The position numbers and the translations under genes were made by a program. From assembly GCA_025457665.1 (NCBI GenBank), contig JALOTY010000005.1, positions 4,316-68,315 on the forward strand: 64,000 bases of DNA. Reading direction: 5' to 3'. Positions 58,422 to 64,000 of this stretch are shown here, one piece after another (the stretch's first letter is position 1; each line of letters begins with the position of its first letter). The notes under the pieces were generated by a model. It had not been told where the DNA came from. It saw only the letters and a program-made list of their open reading frames with translations, and did not search any database. The DNA is from Akkermansiaceae bacterium. GTDB taxonomy: Bacteria; Verrucomicrobiota; Verrucomicrobiia; Verrucomicrobiales; Akkermansiaceae.

Positions 58422-59138
58422 ATGGAACCCACCACCGTTGTCGGAGCCCTCGCCGTGGGCCTCGCCACCTCCCTTCACTGCGCGGGAATGTGCGGACCCA
58501 TCGCCTGCGGAGTCGGCACCCTCGCGAAAACCGAGACCGAACGACTCACCGCCGCCAGCCTCTATCACAGCACCCGCCTGCTTTCCTACGGAATCATCGG
58601 TGCCATCTGCGGGGCGATCGGCAAGGAACCGCTGCATTGGTTTTTCGATTCCCCCGCCGTGCTCCTCCCTTGGGCGCTCGTGGTCGCGCTGCTGCTGTTA
58701 GCCAGCGGTCTCGATAAGAAAATCCCGCGACCGAAGATCCTCAGCCGACTCGTGGCACGTGCCCGATTCAAGGCCGGGCGATTCTCCACCATCGGCGGTT
58801 CCGCCGCCATGGGATTGCTCACGCCCTTCCTTCCCTGCGGACCCCTGTATGCCGTTTTCATCGCTCTCATGGCCTCCGGTTCCGCCGCCCGTGGTGCGGA
58901 AGCCGCACTCGCCTTCGGTCTCGGCACCGTGCCGCTGCTGTGGTTGGCACAACACCAGTTCCACCGCCTGCGCCTGAAACTCACCCCCATCCGCCTCGCC
59001 CGACTGCAACGCGGCCTCGCCCTGGTCACCGCCCTCTTGCTCGCCTGGCGCCTGCACGACACCCTCCCCTCCTGGAATCCCGCACCCGAAACCCCCGCAG
59101 TCCAGGAAACCAAGGAGCTGCCTTCCTGTTGTCATTGA
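58422..59138 (+). CDS. TauE/SafE-like (DsbD_2) membrane protein of heme-copper oxidase maturation clusters
   Basis: SLHCAGMCGPI, YHSTRLLSY, GLLTPFLPCGPLY, FGLGTVP; C-terminal CCH. Confidence 0.85.
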   Translation: MEPTTVVGALAVGLATSLHCAGMCGPIACGVGTLAKTETERLTAASLYHSTRLLSYGIIGAICGAIGKEPLHWFFDSPAVLLPWALVVALLLLASGLDKKIPRPKILSRLVARARFKAGRFSTIGGSAAMGLLTPFLPCGPLYAVFIALMASGSAARGAEAALAFGLGTVPLLWLAQHQFHRLRLKLTPIRLARLQRGLALVTALLLAWRLHDTLPSWNPAPETPAVQETKELPSCCH

Positions 59139-59211
59139 GGTCCGTGCGGCAAACAAAATGCCGTGCGACCGGGAGATCGCACGGCGGGAGGCTTATCTAA
59201 CAGATTCCCAC

Positions 59212-60966
59212 TCAGGGACGGCGAAGACGGAAGAAGCGCGGACCCGCAGGAACCGATTCCACCTTCTTGAGACCATCGGCTTCCACCACCGGAAGGGTCG
59301 ATGGCACCCATGCCCCATCCGCGAGACTGGTGCTTTCCTCAAGAACCCAATCGGAGGCATTCGCCGGCCACTCGATCCGATAAGCGGAACCGCTTGTCGC
59401 GACGACTTCCATCACCGGATGGAACTCCGCAACCAATTGCCGGTTGAAGGTCGCAGGAAAGGAAAACAAAGCGGAATTCGAAACCACCGCGCCCATCTCC
59501 GTCCAAGCGACGAAGCGATAACCCGCAGCCGCCGTGGCCTCGATCACGGCGTCCGATCCATCGATGACCAGACCACCCCCACTCACCGTTCCACCGGCAT
59601 CGCCGACAGGAACCACAGGCTCCACGGTCCACGTCGGCGGACCCACAGCCGCGACATCGGCGATGACGAGTTGATAGGCTTTCGTCACGGCAGGCGTGGC
59701 CGGATCGGTGGCTTCAATCGCAAACTCGAAAACCCCCGCTTCCTCAGGAGTCCCCGAGAGAATGCCGGTCGCCGGATTGAAATCCATACCCGCGGGAAGA
59801 TCCCCGCTGATCGTTGCCGACCATGGCAAATCTCCACCGGCAACCACCGTGCGGTCGGGATAGGCCACACCCTTTTCACCCTCCTGCACATGGTCGCAGA
59901 GAAACAAGGAGGGATTCACCTCGAATGCCGCCATCTGCGCGCCCAAGTAGCCACCGACGACCTCCTCGGCGGAAAGATCGATTTCCACATCATCAATCAT
60001 CACCGTGCCGACTCCATGCAAGTCATCGGGTGCCACCTCATCGGCCAAAGCTTCGCCATCCTCGGGATGGAGCGGACCGGTGTATTCAAAAAATTCCCAA
60101 CGACGCGTCACGATCTCATCTTCATCGGCAAGATCCTCCTCATTGCCCTCCAGAGCTTCATCACGCTTGGGCTGCCCGGCTTCATCGTATTCCACCTGCA
60201 TCAGGTGCCACTCGATCTCGACTTCTTCCTCGGCCCCATTGCGCCAACTGTCGTCGTTTTCATCCTCAGGATCATCGGACCGCAAATCACGAAGTTCGAC
60301 CTTTCGCTCGCTGTGCGTCTTCGTCTTGATCGAGCGCACCCACAGCGGCTTGCCGAAACGGTTGAAGACCGCCTCCGCCGGTTCGGGCGGCTCGATTTCC
60401 GCAATGACCCCGCCACCCGCACCGCCACCACCACCACCAGCCGGAGGATTGTAATTGAAGACCGGTGCCGAAATCTGGACTTCCTCCGGACCGCGCACCA
60501 ACTCCCCGCCTCGATCCACCAGCCAGAAATACCTCACCTTCGTCGGCGTGATGCGATAGCTGACCCCGAAATGCTCGCCGCCGAAATTCACCGCAGGATT
60601 GGTGAATTGGTGACCATCCGTGGGATTGATCTGACCCGCGGGCACGGCGGTGTAGGCCGTCCATGAGCCATCGGGATTCTTCTTCGCCTCCCAGCGGACA
60701 AAACAACGCACCACGAGCGGATCGGAGCTGTCCTCGGAAATACGAGGAGTGCCGTAGTGGTTGTAATCGTAGGTGCCGAGAACATCACTGGAATGGCACC
60801 CTTCCAGTTCGATCTCGAAACCGTGGGTCTGCTCGCCACTGTCATTGACGGTATCGAAATTGCACAAGGTTCCATAAGAAACCGCCCGGACCGGCGCAGG
60901 CGCCAGCAAGGCGAACAAACAGGCAAGACCCAGGCCTTGCGGAATCGGATTCATCTTCATCTTCAT
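59212..60966 (-). CDS. Secreted acidic protein with Ig-like and B-repeat-like domains and a Verrucomicrobia-type C-terminal domain
   Basis: Signal peptide; GDLPAGMDFNPATGILSGTP (He_PIG-like); GGTVSGGG...AAAGYRFVAW (InlB B-repeat-like); C-terminal WPANASDWVLEESTSL...RFFRLRRP. Confidence 0.8.
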   Translation of the reverse strand: MKMKMNPIPQGLGLACLFALLAPAPVRAVSYGTLCNFDTVNDSGEQTHGFEIELEGCHSSDVLGTYDYNHYGTPRISEDSSDPLVVRCFVRWEAKKNPDGSWTAYTAVPAGQINPTDGHQFTNPAVNFGGEHFGVSYRITPTKVRYFWLVDRGGELVRGPEEVQISAPVFNYNPPAGGGGGGAGGGVIAEIEPPEPAEAVFNRFGKPLWVRSIKTKTHSERKVELRDLRSDDPEDENDDSWRNGAEEEVEIEWHLMQVEYDEAGQPKRDEALEGNEEDLADEDEIVTRRWEFFEYTGPLHPEDGEALADEVAPDDLHGVGTVMIDDVEIDLSAEEVVGGYLGAQMAAFEVNPSLFLCDHVQEGEKGVAYPDRTVVAGGDLPWSATISGDLPAGMDFNPATGILSGTPEEAGVFEFAIEATDPATPAVTKAYQLVIADVAAVGPPTWTVEPVVPVGDAGGTVSGGGLVIDGSDAVIEATAAAGYRFVAWTEMGAVVSNSALFSFPATFNRQLVAEFHPVMEVVATSGSAYRIEWPANASDWVLEESTSLADGAWVPSTLPVVEADGLKKVESVPAGPRFFRLRRP

Positions 60967-61209
60967 ATCTCGGGGTGGTTAGGAATCGGCTGCGGGATCG
61001 CCCTTACGCACTCTTCCGAATGACCGGGCTCTGCAACGCCGCGAGGGATAGCCGGGCACGGATTCTTTCCGCAAATCGCGGAGATTAACCGTTTGGTAGG
61101 ATTTCATCACAATGCCCCGCGATGCTTGATGGAATGTTGCCAATCCTAATGAACGGTTACCAAGCGGCGGCTTGCGGCGGGCCCTTTGACATGATCGGAT
61201 GGCGCGGTC

Positions 61210-61887
61210 ATGGACATCCTGCTTGTCGAAGATGAACCCCAACTCGCCGCCCATGTGGTGCGCGCCATCAAACGCGCAGGACACGGCGTGGATCACGCGG
61301 CAGACGGCCCCTCAGCCGTCGAAACCGCCATGAAGCGGCATCACGATCTGATGGTGCTCGATGTCAATCTCCCGGGCTTCGATGGCTTTGAAGTCCTCGC
61401 CCGCCTGCGCGCCGCCGGACTCCCCATGCGGGTGCTCATGCTCACCGCAAGATCGGAAGTCGGCGATCGTGTGGCCGGGCTCAAGGCGGGAGCGGATGAC
61501 TATCTCACCAAACCCTTCGCCCTTGAAGAACTCCTCGCCCGGATCGAAGCACTCGGCCGCCGCAACCCCCATGCGGAACCCGGTAACGTCCTTCATGTGG
61601 GCGATCTCTGCCTGGACATCAGCAAACGCCGCCTCACCCGCGCCGGCGAACGCATCGAACTCTCCCCCCGCGAGCTTGAGGTCTTGCAAATTTTCATGCA
61701 GGAACCGGGCAGGACCTTTTCGCGGGATGAAATCTGCGAGCGGATCTGGGAACGCGAACATGAATATGACACCCGCACCGTGGAAATCTTCATCATGCGG
61801 CTGCGCAAAAAGATCGACCGCAAGGGCGCCCCATCGATCATCACCACGGTGCGCGGCATCGGCTACCACCTGGAGTTGCCCGGCTGA
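61210..61887 (+). CDS. OmpR-family response regulator
   Basis: ILLVEDE, LMVLDVNLPG, LTAR, GADDYLTKPF, winged helix (RTVEIFIMRLRKK, TVRGIGY). Confidence 0.95.
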   Translation: MDILLVEDEPQLAAHVVRAIKRAGHGVDHAADGPSAVETAMKRHHDLMVLDVNLPGFDGFEVLARLRAAGLPMRVLMLTARSEVGDRVAGLKAGADDYLTKPFALEELLARIEALGRRNPHAEPGNVLHVGDLCLDISKRRLTRAGERIELSPRELEVLQIFMQEPGRTFSRDEICERIWEREHEYDTRTVEIFIMRLRKKIDRKGAPSIITTVRGIGYHLELPG

Positions 61888-61935
61888 CCCCGTCTCCCCA
61901 TCTCCGGCCCCCTTCGCCAACCCCCGAATGCCCCT

Positions 61936-63282
61936 GTGACCAAGCGCGGATCCCTCAAGTTCAAGGTCGGCCTCTACTCCGCCCTGCTCACGATCATCGC
62001 CCTGCTCACCGGTGCCTCAGTGCTGGTTCCCGCCGTGCGCATCCATCAGATCACCGATCTGGATGCCACGCTGGAAAGCGACGCGCATGAACTTGTCAGG
62101 GACCTGCGGAACTTCCGTGGTGCCCCTGTGGACCCGCGCCGGCCGCTGACGCTCAAGTTCATCCCGCTTTCCCTCCGCGGACGTTACCTCGTGGTGGAAG
62201 GTCCGGAAGGGCAGACGCTCTACCAATCCCCGAACCTGCGCGGCACCCGCCTCGAAACCTCCACCGGTGCCGAAACCCGGGAACTCTTTGGCCACTCGTG
62301 CCGTCTCGTCACCGTACGAGAAGAACCGTACTTGATCCGCATCGGCACTCGCCTCGGCACCATCGAGCGCTTCCAGCGCGATCTCCTGCGCGGCATCGGC
62401 GTCTCGGTCCCCTTCGTCGCCATCGTCGTTTTCCTCGGCGGATGGTGGCTCGGAAAACGTGCCGTGGCTCCGGTCACCGCCATCACCGATGCCGCGGAAA
62501 GCATCACCGCCCGGAGCCTCCATGAAAGACTGCCGATGCCCACAAGCCGCGATGAAATTGCCCGTCTCACCGCCGTGCTCAATCGCACCTTCGACCGCCT
62601 TCAGGCATCCTATGAATCCGCCACCCGCTTTTCGGCCGATGCCTCTCATCAACTCAAGACTCCCGTCGCTGTGCTGCGCGCGGGTCTCGATCACCTGGCT
62701 TCGACGGCGGATCCCGCCATCCTTCCCGAGGTCGATGGCCTTCGCCATCAAACCCGCCGACTCACCGCCCTCATCGAGGATCTCCTCCTCCTTGCCCAAG
62801 CCGATGCCGGCCGACTGCACCTGGAAGCGGAGCAAACCGACCTCGCCCCGCTCATCGCAGCCAGTCTGGACGATCTCGACGTGCTTGTTGACAACCGCGA
62901 CATCACCGTCAAGGCCGACCTCACCGCTCCCCTCCATGCGCGGGCCGATGCGCGACGGATCCGCATCATTCTGCAAAACCTGATAGAAAACGCCGCGAAG
63001 TACACCCCGGACCAGGGGGAAATCCATGTTTCCAGCAAAGTGGTCGGGAGCCGCATCCTTCTGCGATTGGCAAACTCCGGGGCGCTGATTCCCGAACCGG
63101 ACCGGGAAGCCGTTTTTGAAAGATTCCGTCGTGGCTCGGCCGTCGGGGAAAACATTCGCGGTCATGGGCTGGGACTCAATATCGCCCGGGAACTTGCCCG
63201 TGCGCATGGCGGTGAGCTTGCCTACGAAGTCACGACCGATGGCCTGAACTGCTTCGAGCTCACGCTCCCTTACTTCGGCTGA
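61936..63282 (+). CDS. Sensor histidine kinase (HAMP-HisKA-HATPase)
   Basis: Two TM helices, HAMP (DEIARL), ASHQLKTP, NLIENAAKY, GHGLGLNIA; GTG start. Confidence 0.93.
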   Translation: MTKRGSLKFKVGLYSALLTIIALLTGASVLVPAVRIHQITDLDATLESDAHELVRDLRNFRGAPVDPRRPLTLKFIPLSLRGRYLVVEGPEGQTLYQSPNLRGTRLETSTGAETRELFGHSCRLVTVREEPYLIRIGTRLGTIERFQRDLLRGIGVSVPFVAIVVFLGGWWLGKRAVAPVTAITDAAESITARSLHERLPMPTSRDEIARLTAVLNRTFDRLQASYESATRFSADASHQLKTPVAVLRAGLDHLASTADPAILPEVDGLRHQTRRLTALIEDLLLLAQADAGRLHLEAEQTDLAPLIAASLDDLDVLVDNRDITVKADLTAPLHARADARRIRIILQNLIENAAKYTPDQGEIHVSSKVVGSRILLRLANSGALIPEPDREAVFERFRRGSAVGENIRGHGLGLNIARELARAHGGELAYEVTTDGLNCFELTLPYFG

Positions 63283-64000
63283 AATTCCCTGGCCTGAATG
63301 CCGGAAAGAGTTTGTTGTGACGCCGCAGGCAAGCTCGTCCAGTGGGTTTCCAGCCAGTCCTGGGCAGAGACATCATCACGCTTCCGCCATTCCGAATAAT
63401 ATCTCGCCAAAGCCGCATCCCGCGCTGCGGCGGAGTTCATCGCCAAAGCCAGATCCATCGCTTCCGGCGGGGCCTCCTGACTCACCACATCCCCGAGACT
63501 GCGCCGGGCCCGATCGACCAAGGGATCATCCCCGCTTTCATCGATCCACTGCCGCAAACCCACGGGATCGCTACCCGCCCACGAGTACATCGCCCCGGTC
63601 ACCCCATCGGCCGCGAGATCGGCAGGCAAGGATTCCAGCCAGTCGAAGGCTTCGTAGGGATCGATCGCTCCCCAACTGGTGCCGATGTTCGAAATCACCT
63701 GCCGCCGCATGTCCGCATCGCTGATGGATTCGCTCCAGGCCACGGCGGCGCGAATGTCCGTGGCGGCCCAGACCGTCGCGAGTGTTGCGGCCGCTTCCGT
63801 TTTGCCGGGACCATCGGTCATGCTCGCGACCCACGATGCTGCGGCCGCCGGATCGGTCGTGGACCAAATGTCCGCAAGAGTGATCGCAACCGCCGTGTTT
63901 TCGCCGGTGGCCAGCGCCTCTTCGAATAGCTCCGCCGCGGCTTCGGGATCGTTCTGCGCCAGAGTGTGGGCGATCGCGACCTCGGCAGTATCCCGCGCTT
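63270..64000 (-). CDS. Helical-repeat hypothetical protein (partial, 5' end outside window)
   Basis: The frame stays open from 63821 to the right edge; repeated W-x-x-x-D-P-x-x-A-x-x-W units (WSTTDPAAAASW, WAATDIRAAVAW, WGAIDPYEAFDW, WAGSDPVGLRQW). Confidence 0.75.
   Translation of the reverse strand, partial: ARDTAEVAIAHTLAQNDPEAAAELFEEALATGENTAVAITLADIWSTTDPAAAASWVASMTDGPGKTEAAATLATVWAATDIRAAVAWSESISDADMRRQVISNIGTSWGAIDPYEAFDWLESLPADLAADGVTGAMYSWAGSDPVGLRQWIDESGDDPLVDRARRSLGDVVSQEAPPEAMDLALAMNSAAARDAALARYYSEWRKRDDVSAQDWLETHWTSLPAASQQTLSGIQAREFQPK

Overview
GC-rich bacterial chromosomal DNA with a Verrucomicrobia-like gene set (inferred from PEP-CTERM proteins, autotransporter-associated beta-strand repeat proteins, an ECF sigma/Ser-Thr kinase pair and a PVC-type dcw cluster). 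From left to right: three large secreted/surface protein genes on the minus strand (1-8573); a short inverted-architecture photolyase, DUF1287, hisC, mnmE, cobB, a TPR-like protein and tRNA-Ser(TGA), followed by a four-helix-bundle gene preceded by a 9-bp repeat array; mixed metabolic and repair genes (18.9-27.0 kb); a dcw cluster mraZ-rsmH-ftsL-ftsI-murE-murF-mraY-murD-LysM-ftsW that stops before murG; a glycosyltransferase and an NDP-sugar epimerase; a three-gene WXG100-like/EssC-like (type VII-like) operon; a PEP-CTERM gene; an ECF sigma with a kinase-WD40 partner; HscC with a J-domain partner; a dynamin-like GTPase; a polysaccharide deacetylase; ccoG and neighbours; a secreted Ig-domain protein; and an OmpR-family two-component pair. 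The strongest unexplained signals are three tandem hairpins with an invariant loop and compensatory stem changes (plus a G-U-containing hairpin) between mraZ and the rsmH core, a minimal type VII-like operon in a diderm, and an octamer YTGTTAGR that recurs at least 24 times (as TGTTAG/CTAACA) regardless of frame or strand. No integrase, transposase, rRNA or CRISPR-cas was found. All counts and alignments were made by eye; no database searches were run.
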